This document shows, in pieces, positions 1 to 8,299 of a stretch of 64,000 nucleotides of DNA. The DNA lies in NCBI GenBank assembly GCA_041746735.1, contig JBGTGP010000051.1:56434-120433 (forward strand), given 5' to 3'. Source of the stretch: Saprospiraceae bacterium (GTDB lineage: Bacteria > Bacteroidota > Bacteroidia > Chitinophagales > Saprospiraceae). The notes under the pieces are model-generated. The model did not search any database. It was not told the origin of the DNA and saw only the letters and a list, made by a program, of their open reading frames with translations. A program made the translations under genes and the position numbers. Position 1 is the stretch's first letter; every line of letters starts with the position of its first letter.

Positions 1-45
1 ATTTTTCAGATACTTGAATGAAGCAGATTTAAAAACCTTGTTCAT
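1..45 (-). CDS. possible 5' end of a gldL/porL-like gene running off the left edge (only 15 codons visible: MNKVFKSASFKYLKN)
   Basis: ATG at 45..43 on the minus strand, open to the window edge. Its position downstream of the gldK/porK-like gene fits the porP-porK-porL order. Far too short to confirm. Confidence 0.2.
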   Translation of the reverse strand, partial: MNKVFKSASFKYLKN

Positions 46-230
46 GCTGGTTGAGATGTTTTTGATGTTAAAAGAATAAGTTATTGAAAATTTCAGGTAT
101 TTCCCTTGTTCCACATGGCGGCGGAAGCACCTGTTATATTTTACATCTGGGTGTGATATTTATCCGATATCAACATTGCTCCGGAGTCTATGATGGGGCG
201 CATACGGCCGTAGAGCAACTGATTATCAAT

Positions 231-1472
231 TTACTTGGCATCATCTATCGCCCGGCCCAGGAATGTCAGGGCGCACCGGAAACCAATGTAGGATTTGGTG
301 GTATCCTGATACTCCCAATGACGGGTACCAGTCTGCAGATAATAGGCTACATCTTTCCATGAACCTCCGCGGATCACCTTACGCTTGTAGACCGGAGGAT
401 CGTCCGGTTTGGCATCGTACTTTATATCCGGGTTGTTGTCATGTACAATCGAATGAGCGTTTTCGAAATACGCCGTTTCGGTCCATTCGGCAACGTTTCC
501 GGACATGTTGTATAACCCATAGTCATTGGGGAAATACGCATCTGATTTTACGGTATAATGTCCTCCGTCTTCCGGATAGTTACCGCGGCCGGGTTTAAAG
601 TTGGCCAGCAGACATCCTTTGGCATTCCGAAGACCATAGCCACCCCATGGATAAGGAGCCAGATCATGGCCACCTCGGGCTGCATATTCCCACTCATGTT
701 CTGTCGGTAGTCTAAACTCTTCCGTATTGGGCTCATCGCCCTTAAATGTATTCCAGAGATTGGTCCTCCACGCGCAGAAGGCTTTGGCCATTTTCCAATT
801 GACACCGACTACAGGATAGTCATCAAACGCCGGGTGCCAGAAATAATTACGGGTAAACGGCTCGTTGTAAGAGTATGCGAAGTCCCGAATCCATACCAGG
901 GTATCCGGATAAATACTGACTTCCTCTCTGTTGATAATTTCACTTCTCTTGCCTTTGAATGAGGTGCTGGCGGCTTTCTTCCAGTCTTTCCATTCATACT
1001 TATAGATCAACTCACGGGTATCCAGTTCCTTCTTTCCTGCAAAAACGTCATCTCCCTGGAAATACATGTCGGTGAGCGTTTCATCCGCCCAGTCAATTTC
1101 ATAATCCCAGTCGATGGACTGGTTGCCTTCTTCATCTTCCCGGAAATGGTCCAGCATGGAATGGGCAATGGAATCCCGAACATAATACACAAACTGACGG
1201 TACTCATTGTTTGTGATTTCCGTATCGTCCATAAAGAAACCGACGATCGAAACAGCAAGTGGACGCTGGATATAGCTATTAAAGATATCCTGATCCGACT
1301 GACCGATATGGAAGGTACCGCTTTTGATGTACTCCATACCATAGGGATTGATCCCGGTGTACTTCGGCCGATCCATCACGCCAACCAACTGCCCTGACTC
1401 TTTGGTGCCACAAGCACTAAAGAGAGAAGCCACTGCCAGAATGGCCAATACTGAGATTGTAATGTTCCTCAT
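231..1472 (-). CDS. gldK: T9SS/gliding lipoprotein of the FGE-sulfatase (SUMF1) fold, GldK/PorK-like (GldJ paralog not excluded)
   Basis: Lipoprotein signal (LFSAC). N-terminus reads GQLVGV..PYGMEYIKSGTFHIGQSDQD..FFMDDTEITNNEYRQFV. C-terminus reads RGGSW..RCA, typical of the FGE-sulfatase domain. Lies directly downstream of a PorP/SprF gene, as in the porPKLMN operon. Confidence 0.65.
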   Translation of the reverse strand: MRNITISVLAILAVASLFSACGTKESGQLVGVMDRPKYTGINPYGMEYIKSGTFHIGQSDQDIFNSYIQRPLAVSIVGFFMDDTEITNNEYRQFVYYVRDSIAHSMLDHFREDEEGNQSIDWDYEIDWADETLTDMYFQGDDVFAGKKELDTRELIYKYEWKDWKKAASTSFKGKRSEIINREEVSIYPDTLVWIRDFAYSYNEPFTRNYFWHPAFDDYPVVGVNWKMAKAFCAWRTNLWNTFKGDEPNTEEFRLPTEHEWEYAARGGHDLAPYPWGGYGLRNAKGCLLANFKPGRGNYPEDGGHYTVKSDAYFPNDYGLYNMSGNVAEWTETAYFENAHSIVHDNNPDIKYDAKPDDPPVYKRKVIRGGSWKDVAYYLQTGTRHWEYQDTTKSYIGFRCALTFLGRAIDDAK

Positions 1473-1817
1473 CCTTTTTAAAAAAGTTTCGCTGTTGCGG
1501 GTATCTTGTAAAAGAGGCGTAAAGATACTTTTTGAAAATGATATCCAACAAATATCTTTTTTTAATCCTCGCCTGCGACAGCATATTTTATGCCAACAAA
1601 GGTTGTAACGACATATTATCTAGTCATATTTTATGAGTTTAGGAATTTAAATTTGGTTAGGCTCCAAACTCATATTGGATGAAATGAAAATATGTAACAA
1701 ACACATCATTAAGCCAATATGCTCATATTATTGTTTATCCATCCGGATAGGATCGTTCAAATGCCCTATATCCCGTTCGTATATCATTGTAGACCCTGTT
1801 GACATCCGGGATTAATT

Positions 1818-2792
1818 CTACAGATGTCTTGGATTGTAAATGATCCTGGGTGGCAGTCCTGCACCGATCGTTTTGCCCAGATTGTACTTCAGAAGCAATT
1901 CATGAGTACCCTGATGCACGGTGCGAAGTCGACTAAGACCTATATCATATCCATAATGGAGAAAGAACTTTGGGGACAGCCGGACCCCGGCGGTAATCAT
2001 AATTGCATCAAAATTATTGCGGCCAAACCCTCTGTATCCCACACCGGCAGTAACGAGATTCTGCCATTCCATCCGCAGTGCCACTTCAGCCTGGGTTTGA
2101 ATAAAGTCTGTTTTAACGTACACGACCGGATACAAAGATACTTGTTCAAATGATTCAAAAAAGTATTCTCCAAAAAAATGAAAAACAGGGCGCGGAGATA
2201 CGTGTATATCCTCTCCCAACCTAATGCCGGCAGGGTAATAGCCGGTCATCGAAACACCAGCTTCAAACTCATTGCCCGCAACGTACATGCCTCCTTCCAA
2301 AATCGGAGAGGTTCCATTGACAATTCCATTAGGCAAATGGATATCGCCATGGTTAATGATTGAGCCTTCATAGGTACCATCCGGAGCACGGAGCCGGGCG
2401 CCATCCAGTGACCTTTGCGAAATACCCAGCCTCAGCCCTCCTGAAAAAAGGCCTGAACCTGATTCATGGATATAATTGTAGGAGGCCAGGAAGGCAGTGG
2501 ATTTTTCCGCACCGAGCGATTCACTGAGGATTTGAAATCCGAGCGCGCCCTGCCAAAGATAAAACGGCAGATGGACGTTGAGCATTCTGGTCTCCGGATT
2601 GCCCTCCAATCCGGCCCATTGAGACCTGTACTGCAAACCTGCAGCCAGGCTCCGCTCCATACCGCCGAACGCCGGATTGAAAGCGTATCGCTCATGCATA
2701 AAGAGGCTATACTGTCCGGCAAACTGACCATATCCCTGGCTTGCTGTCAGCAGCAGAATTCCTGTGATCATATATTGCCATTTCATCTTCAT
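1818..2792 (-). CDS. porP: type IX secretion system membrane protein, PorP/SprF family
   Basis: Signal peptide, then QYSLFMHERYAFNPAFGG, the characteristic PorP/SprF N-terminal motif. About 320 aa with beta-barrel-like composition. Upstream of gldK/porK-like gene on the same strand. Confidence 0.75.
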   Translation of the reverse strand: MKMKWQYMITGILLLTASQGYGQFAGQYSLFMHERYAFNPAFGGMERSLAAGLQYRSQWAGLEGNPETRMLNVHLPFYLWQGALGFQILSESLGAEKSTAFLASYNYIHESGSGLFSGGLRLGISQRSLDGARLRAPDGTYEGSIINHGDIHLPNGIVNGTSPILEGGMYVAGNEFEAGVSMTGYYPAGIRLGEDIHVSPRPVFHFFGEYFFESFEQVSLYPVVYVKTDFIQTQAEVALRMEWQNLVTAGVGYRGFGRNNFDAIMITAGVRLSPKFFLHYGYDIGLSRLRTVHQGTHELLLKYNLGKTIGAGLPPRIIYNPRHL

Positions 2793-3041
2793 TCACCAGC
2801 CTTTTCTTCTTCGTAGTCAGATACGCTCTTATATTGTGTGCGGCTTCCGACGGGTAACATAGTTATTTTTCTTCAATACAAAGCGGCTTCAGAGATGAAA
2901 CCGAAATGACATGCTCCTGACCCGCCACTTTCCTCCGCCCAATCAGCATTGACACAAACTAAGGGGTTCCATCCGCATAGTCACTCTTAATCGGGAAAAT
3001 ACTACTTATCAAAATGCACATCATCATGGGATTGTTCAACT

Positions 3042-3824
3042 TCATGGCTCGATCCGCAGAGTCAGACCGTCATACCCGAGCCGGATTGGATCAGGCAGTC
3101 GTTTCTCTGCCTCAGCGTGAAGCCCCATATCATGGCTGATATGGGTCAGAAAACATCTGGAAGGTTTGAGCATATCACACAGGCTGATCACGTCCTCTAC
3201 ATTCAGGTGGGTGGGGTGAGGCTTGAACCGAAGGCCATTCAGGATCAGTACATCCAGATTCTGCAATAATGACATGCTGGACTCCGGAATAAATTTGGCA
3301 TCGGTGACATACGCCAGACGGCCGATCCTGTATCCCAGCACTGGCATATCACCATGATCGACCGGGATCGGAATGATATGAACATCCCTGAAGGTAAATG
3401 GTGCATGATCAATCGTGACGGCATGTACTTTGGGCTTTCCTGCATAGGTATACAGCGGATCAAAGGCATAATCAAAACGTCGCTTTACCTCCAATAGGGT
3501 CCTTTCGCTTCCCATGACGGGCATATCCCGGTTATAGAGGAAATTGATCGGACGGATGTCGTCAAGGCCTGAGACATGGTCATTGTGTTCATGGGTGAGC
3601 AGGATGCCATGAATATCCAGGATCCGGTTGGCCAGTAATTGTTGCCTAAAATCAGGACCAATGTCAATGGACAATCCGGTATCGCCCGACTTGACATAGG
3701 CAGCGGTTCTCAGTCTTTTATCTTTTGGGTGGTGCGAGGTGCAAACGATACAATGACATCCGATGACCGGGATCCCCTGAGATGTGCCGGTACCCAGTAA
3801 CGTAATATGCAGTTCCGGGTTCAC
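3042..3824 (-). CDS. MBL-fold metallo-hydrolase (PhnP-like)
   Basis: N-terminal LGTGTSQGIPVIGCHCIVC and metal motif THEHNDHVSGLDD (HxHxDH). Confidence 0.8.
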   Translation of the reverse strand: MNPELHITLLGTGTSQGIPVIGCHCIVCTSHHPKDKRLRTAAYVKSGDTGLSIDIGPDFRQQLLANRILDIHGILLTHEHNDHVSGLDDIRPINFLYNRDMPVMGSERTLLEVKRRFDYAFDPLYTYAGKPKVHAVTIDHAPFTFRDVHIIPIPVDHGDMPVLGYRIGRLAYVTDAKFIPESSMSLLQNLDVLILNGLRFKPHPTHLNVEDVISLCDMLKPSRCFLTHISHDMGLHAEAEKRLPDPIRLGYDGLTLRIEP

Positions 3825-4099
3825 GAAGCGTGAAGGAGAAAGGATTTTCTCAATTTTTTAAACCAATCCAGGTGCTCCTCCGAAAGGCCTTCCATTGAAA
3901 TTTTTCCGGTTTCCAGGATCTCGAGTAGGGTATTCATCCGGGCTTCCACATCGAAAAAACGATTGATAATGACAATATTTTTGCCGGCTACAATACAATA
4001 ACCGGATTGGAAATTGCCTTTTTCATACCGAACCGTAATCTTTAGCTCCCGAAAGAGATCTTCCAGCTTATTGAGATTATGCTTGGTATATTTGATCAT
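3821..4099 (-). CDS. hypothetical small protein (92 aa)
   Basis: ORF overlapping the downstream MBL gene start by 4 bp, suggesting translational coupling. No family recognised. Confidence 0.45.
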   Translation of the reverse strand: MIKYTKHNLNKLEDLFRELKITVRYEKGNFQSGYCIVAGKNIVIINRFFDVEARMNTLLEILETGKISMEGLSEEHLDWFKKLRKSFLLHAS

Positions 4100-4174
4100 T
4101 ATTTCTGTCGCTTTACTTTACTTTAACCATGCCGAAGATGAAAAAGATTTCATTTTCCGACTCAACATCCGGCC

Positions 4175-4831
4175 ATGAAATTAGATAATTCTTTGATATG
4201 TCTCCGATCGGTGATGCTGCTGTTGGTGGTGATGCTGTTGCAGGTTCCGGCAGGAGCTCAGCGTTTTGCTGCCGGGCTGGTCGGTGGCTTTAATGCTTCA
4301 CAGATTGATGGTGATGACCTGGCGGGCTTTGACAAAGTGGGTCTGACAGGGGGTATAAAAGCCATTATGGACCTAAAATCCGCTTGGGATTTCAATATTG
4401 AATTTCTGTACAGTGAACGGGGAAGCCGACCGGATATCTTCAACCCGGACTATGACCCCGATATCGAGATCACGCTCAAGTATGCCGAGATTCCGGTTTA
4501 TATCAGTCTGGGAGACTGGTGGCAAAAGGAAGGCGAGTATTATAAAGTGTCTGCCCATGCCGGCCTGAGTTATGCCCGGCTGATCAGCGCGCGCACAGTA
4601 GACTATTATCACCCATCAGAAGAGTCCTACGACAAACTGGTACCTCTCTTCAATGACAATGACCTGTCCTGGATGCTGGGTGTATCCTATCGCATGAGCA
4701 AATCCTTTGGAATCACCGGCCGATATACACGAGGTATTACCCCTTTGCTAAGCCCGGAGAAACACAATCTGGCGATCCGACGTTTGTTGACCTACTATAT
4801 GACCTTTCGACTGGAATATTATTTCAACTAA
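4175..4831 (+). CDS. outer-membrane beta-barrel (porin-family) protein
   Basis: Signal peptide (LLQVPAGAQ), alternating beta-strand pattern, C-terminal aromatic residue pattern (LEYYFN). Confidence 0.6.
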   Translation: MKLDNSLICLRSVMLLLVVMLLQVPAGAQRFAAGLVGGFNASQIDGDDLAGFDKVGLTGGIKAIMDLKSAWDFNIEFLYSERGSRPDIFNPDYDPDIEITLKYAEIPVYISLGDWWQKEGEYYKVSAHAGLSYARLISARTVDYYHPSEESYDKLVPLFNDNDLSWMLGVSYRMSKSFGITGRYTRGITPLLSPEKHNLAIRRLLTYYMTFRLEYYFN

Positions 4832-4834
4832 ATC

Positions 4835-5329
4835 ATGCAAAACAGCATTATCAAATCCACACTGGCGCTTACATGTCTACTCTGCCTCTGGGGATGTCAG
4901 CCTCAGAAAAAAGAAACGGTCGCGGAAACAGCTACCGCTCCTTCCTACCCTGCTCTGGGTAATGCTGAAGTCAGCAAACTCTACGCAGAGGCGGATCAGG
5001 TCGATATTATATTTTTCCATCTTCCAGTGAGTGTCAATCAGGATGACCCGACCAGTGTAAAAACAACGGTGCTCTATGTCACACCGGCACCGCCCAAAAT
5101 TACGGGTTCCTGTCAGGCGATGGCGCGGCTGACGTGGATGTCCCAGGGTACGATCATCCGGGAGGCCGATGTGCACCTGAGTCCGGGTTGTCAATATTTG
5201 CTGTTTATGGAAAACAACCAACCGATAGCGGCCAATGCCATGTCCAAGGCCGGCGTGGATTTTTTCAACAATGTGGTCACCCAGGTTGAACAGCAAAAGA
5301 AGCAGATGGAGCAAGTCCTTCGAAAATGA
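4835..5329 (+). CDS. hypothetical lipoprotein
   Basis: Lipobox LWGC near the N-terminus. Starts 3 nt after the previous gene and overlaps the next by 4 bp. Confidence 0.5.
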   Translation: MQNSIIKSTLALTCLLCLWGCQPQKKETVAETATAPSYPALGNAEVSKLYAEADQVDIIFFHLPVSVNQDDPTSVKTTVLYVTPAPPKITGSCQAMARLTWMSQGTIIREADVHLSPGCQYLLFMENNQPIAANAMSKAGVDFFNNVVTQVEQQKKQMEQVLRK

Positions 5330-6237
5330 CGGGTGAACGGCTTGCCGTGATCGACCTGGGATCAAACACATTTCATCTGCTGATATGTGAAGCCCGGCCC
5401 AATGCACTTCCGGTCGTCATTTTCAAAGAAAGGATCTATGTCAAACTGGCCTCTGGTGGATTGGACCGTATCGATAACGCAAGTGTTCAGAGAGCCGTTG
5501 ATGCTATGCAGCGCTTTGGGGAGCATCTCCGGGCGTATGATGTCAGTCGTGTTCGTGCCATAGGGACATCAGCACTTCGGGAGGCTCAGAATGGCAAGAC
5601 AGTTGCCCAGCGGTTATCTGAGGTTTCAGGGATCGTCGTCGAAATTATTGACGGCTCCAGAGAGGCTGGATATATCCTCCAGGGTATCCGGTCTTGTATT
5701 CCCGCATTCGATCGTCCCGGGTTGATCATGGATATTGGTGGAGGCAGCGTTGAATTTATCTTATACAAAGGGGATCGTATATTTTTCAAAGGGAGTTATC
5801 GGATTGGGGTAGCTGTTCTATACCGGGCCTTTCATCACACAGATCCCATCAATACCGCTGAGTTGGAGCTGTTGCATCAACATTTGGATTCTGTGCTGAA
5901 ACCCCTTATTGACGTAGTCAGGAAAGCCGGGACCTATAATCTGGTAGGCGCAAGCGGTTCCTTTGAAGTCATCCATGATGTCATGCCTGTATTGTATGCC
6001 GGAGACCATTGGTCGGAGCTCGACCTCCGCCAATTAGAGGACTACCTGGACTACATCATCAGCAGTAACATGAAAGTGCGTCGGCAGATACCCGAGATTC
6101 CTATTGAAAGATTGGACTATATCGTGGTGGCGTATACACTTATCCGGTATATTATCCGGCAAATTCCACCTGATAAGCTCTTCTATTGTGATTATGCTCT
6201 TAAAGAAGGGGTATTGGAGGAGATGCTTCAAAATTAA
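5326..6237 (+). CDS. Ppx/GppA family phosphatase (exopolyphosphatase-like)
   Basis: AVIDLGSNTFHLLI and DIGGGSVEF, the ASKHA-fold phosphate-binding motifs typical of Ppx/GppA. Confidence 0.8.
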   Translation: MTGERLAVIDLGSNTFHLLICEARPNALPVVIFKERIYVKLASGGLDRIDNASVQRAVDAMQRFGEHLRAYDVSRVRAIGTSALREAQNGKTVAQRLSEVSGIVVEIIDGSREAGYILQGIRSCIPAFDRPGLIMDIGGGSVEFILYKGDRIFFKGSYRIGVAVLYRAFHHTDPINTAELELLHQHLDSVLKPLIDVVRKAGTYNLVGASGSFEVIHDVMPVLYAGDHWSELDLRQLEDYLDYIISSNMKVRRQIPEIPIERLDYIVVAYTLIRYIIRQIPPDKLFYCDYALKEGVLEEMLQN

Positions 6238-6293
6238 TTTTTGATCAGTCTAAAATATAATTTAGTTTAATTAAAATAAAATACCTTTACCCC

Positions 6294-7784
6294 ATGGAAA
6301 TTTGGCAAATACTCCAGGAGCCCTGGGCGCTCAGGGCGTTAGCCGCCTCGACTATGGTCGGTGTTACTTGTGGGATGTTGGGTACTTTTATTGTGCTTCG
6401 AAATATGTCTCTCATTGGGGATGCCTTATCTCATGCTATTCTACCCGGCGTTGTCGTGGCTTTTGCGATTTTGGGATACAATACCCTGGGGTTTTTCTTT
6501 GGTTCGGTAGCTGCAGGCATCCTCTCGGCTGTCGCCATCACCTGGATCCAACAACATGTGCGGACTAAAAATGATGCAGTTATCGGCATAGTTTTCACAG
6601 CCATGTTTTCCATTGGGGTAATAGGCATTTCTTCCATCTCCAGGACGGGTGTTCATCTGGATCTTAAAGATTTCCTCTTTGGCAATGTGCTTGGCGTGTC
6701 TAACGATGATCTCTGGATGACCGGGATGGTTATGGTGCTGGTGGCGGGAAGTTGTATCATTCTCTTCCGGTATTTATTTGCCTCTACCTTTCAACCCACC
6801 ATAGCCTCCACTATGGGTATTCCCGTGAAAAGTATTCACTATTACCTGATGTTGCTGTTATCCTTTGCTGTGGTGGCCGCCATGCAAACCGTCGGCGTCA
6901 TTCTCGTGGTGGCGATGCTGATCACGCCTGCTTCGACAGCTTTATTGTTAGCTCAAAGGTTATCAAAGGTGGTATGGATTGCGGCTGTCGCGGGTTTTAT
7001 CAGCAGTTTGTCCGGGCTCATCCTGTCCATTCTCTATGAAATGCCTCCTGGTCCTGCAATTGCTGTCATGGCCACCGTACTTTACCTGGTAGCCGCGTTT
7101 TTTTCTCCTCAGCAGGGACTGATCACGCGCTGGCTGCGGAGTCAACAACAAAAGCAAAAAATCCGGCTGGAAGATATTTTGAAAGCGATTTATAAAATCG
7201 AGCTGCATCAACCTGCTGATCTGACGACTCTTGCCGGAAAAATGTCTGTGGCGCTCTCCCGCTTAAAGACGGACGTACAGCACCTTTTGAAAAGGAATCT
7301 ATTGTCGAAAGGTCCGGGGACCACTTTGGTGCTGACAGAACGTGGAAAGGAACAAGCCAACCATCTCATTCGCGCACATCGGCTATGGGAAAGCTACCTG
7401 GTTCATGAAATGGGTATGGACCCTGATCATATACATGATGAAGCCGAACGGTACGAGCATATTTTGTCTGCTGAAGAAATTGATGAAATGGATCATCAAT
7501 TAGGGTATCCCGCTCTTGATCCCCATGGATCTCCCATTCCCAGTAAAGAAACATCTCCGTCGCTGGCACTGGACCGGCTGAGTATTCGGGAGACCGGAAG
7601 GATTGCCCAACGTCAACCCGGAGCGCAGATCGCACACCAGTTATGGGATCTGGGTCTGGGACCCGGAGATGAATTTATTGTTGACCAACTGGATACAGAT
7701 GTCAGAATTCGGGTAAAGGATCAGGTGATCTTCATTCCCGGGGATATGGCCCGTATGATCAGTGTAGAGCGTACGGAGGGATAG
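6294..7784 (+). CDS. metal (Mn/Zn/Fe) ABC transporter permease (ABC-3 family) fused to a full DtxR/MntR-type metalloregulator (HTH + dimerisation + FeoA/SH3-like domain)
   Basis: About 280 aa of polytopic membrane domain resembling ZnuB/MntB/TroD. This is followed by RAHRLWESYLVHEMG..HDEAERYEHILS..LGYPALDPHGSPIP (DtxR dimerisation/metal site) and a C-terminal FeoA-like segment. Confidence 0.75.
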   Translation: MEIWQILQEPWALRALAASTMVGVTCGMLGTFIVLRNMSLIGDALSHAILPGVVVAFAILGYNTLGFFFGSVAAGILSAVAITWIQQHVRTKNDAVIGIVFTAMFSIGVIGISSISRTGVHLDLKDFLFGNVLGVSNDDLWMTGMVMVLVAGSCIILFRYLFASTFQPTIASTMGIPVKSIHYYLMLLLSFAVVAAMQTVGVILVVAMLITPASTALLLAQRLSKVVWIAAVAGFISSLSGLILSILYEMPPGPAIAVMATVLYLVAAFFSPQQGLITRWLRSQQQKQKIRLEDILKAIYKIELHQPADLTTLAGKMSVALSRLKTDVQHLLKRNLLSKGPGTTLVLTERGKEQANHLIRAHRLWESYLVHEMGMDPDHIHDEAERYEHILSAEEIDEMDHQLGYPALDPHGSPIPSKETSPSLALDRLSIRETGRIAQRQPGAQIAHQLWDLGLGPGDEFIVDQLDTDVRIRVKDQVIFIPGDMARMISVERTEG

Positions 7785-7787
7785 CGA

Positions 7788-8162
7788 TCATTCTTCTTCT
7801 GATCCCATCTGTTGATCTGCCCGGAGTTGTCTGAGCAGGGTATCCATTTTAAAAAACTCATCCAGTGAATCATCCAGGAAATACTGAAGCTCGGGCATAC
7901 GTCTTAATTGCTTACCTACTTTACCCCCAAGTACGTAGCGTAGCCTGGATCCGTTTTCATGCATAGCCATGATTACTTCCTGTTTATGATCTGTATTAAA
8001 AACAGAAAGGTAAACTTTAGCATTCTGCAGATCGGGAGAAACGGAAACGCGGGTAACCGTCACCATCGCTTTGTCAAACATATTCGGGCCTTCTTCCATC
8101 AACACCATACTAAATTGTCTGCGCAACAATTCATTGATTTGCTTTTGTCGCTTCGTTTCCAT
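7788..8162 (-). CDS. rbfA: 30S ribosome-binding factor RbfA
   Basis: 124 aa with RQKQINELLRRQFS..VTVTRVSVSPDLQNAKVYLSV, typical of RbfA. Confidence 0.85.
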   Translation of the reverse strand: METKRQKQINELLRRQFSMVLMEEGPNMFDKAMVTVTRVSVSPDLQNAKVYLSVFNTDHKQEVIMAMHENGSRLRYVLGGKVGKQLRRMPELQYFLDDSLDEFFKMDTLLRQLRADQQMGSEEE

Positions 8163-8299
8163 GCCGGAAGAGATTTTGAGATTACGGATCGGGTTAAAAG
8201 TAAGGCATAAATCCCTTTTGCCCTAAAACCCTCTCCTGCTGATACGCTCCGGAGTAATTATCTTTCCCCTTTCGGAAAAAGGACAACCTTTACTGCACC

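Noticed and set aside
84-362. Small plus-strand ORFs between and over gldK (84-362, 263-598)
   Set aside because: They overlap the well-supported minus-strand gldK/porK-like gene or its downstream spacer and have no recognisable features.
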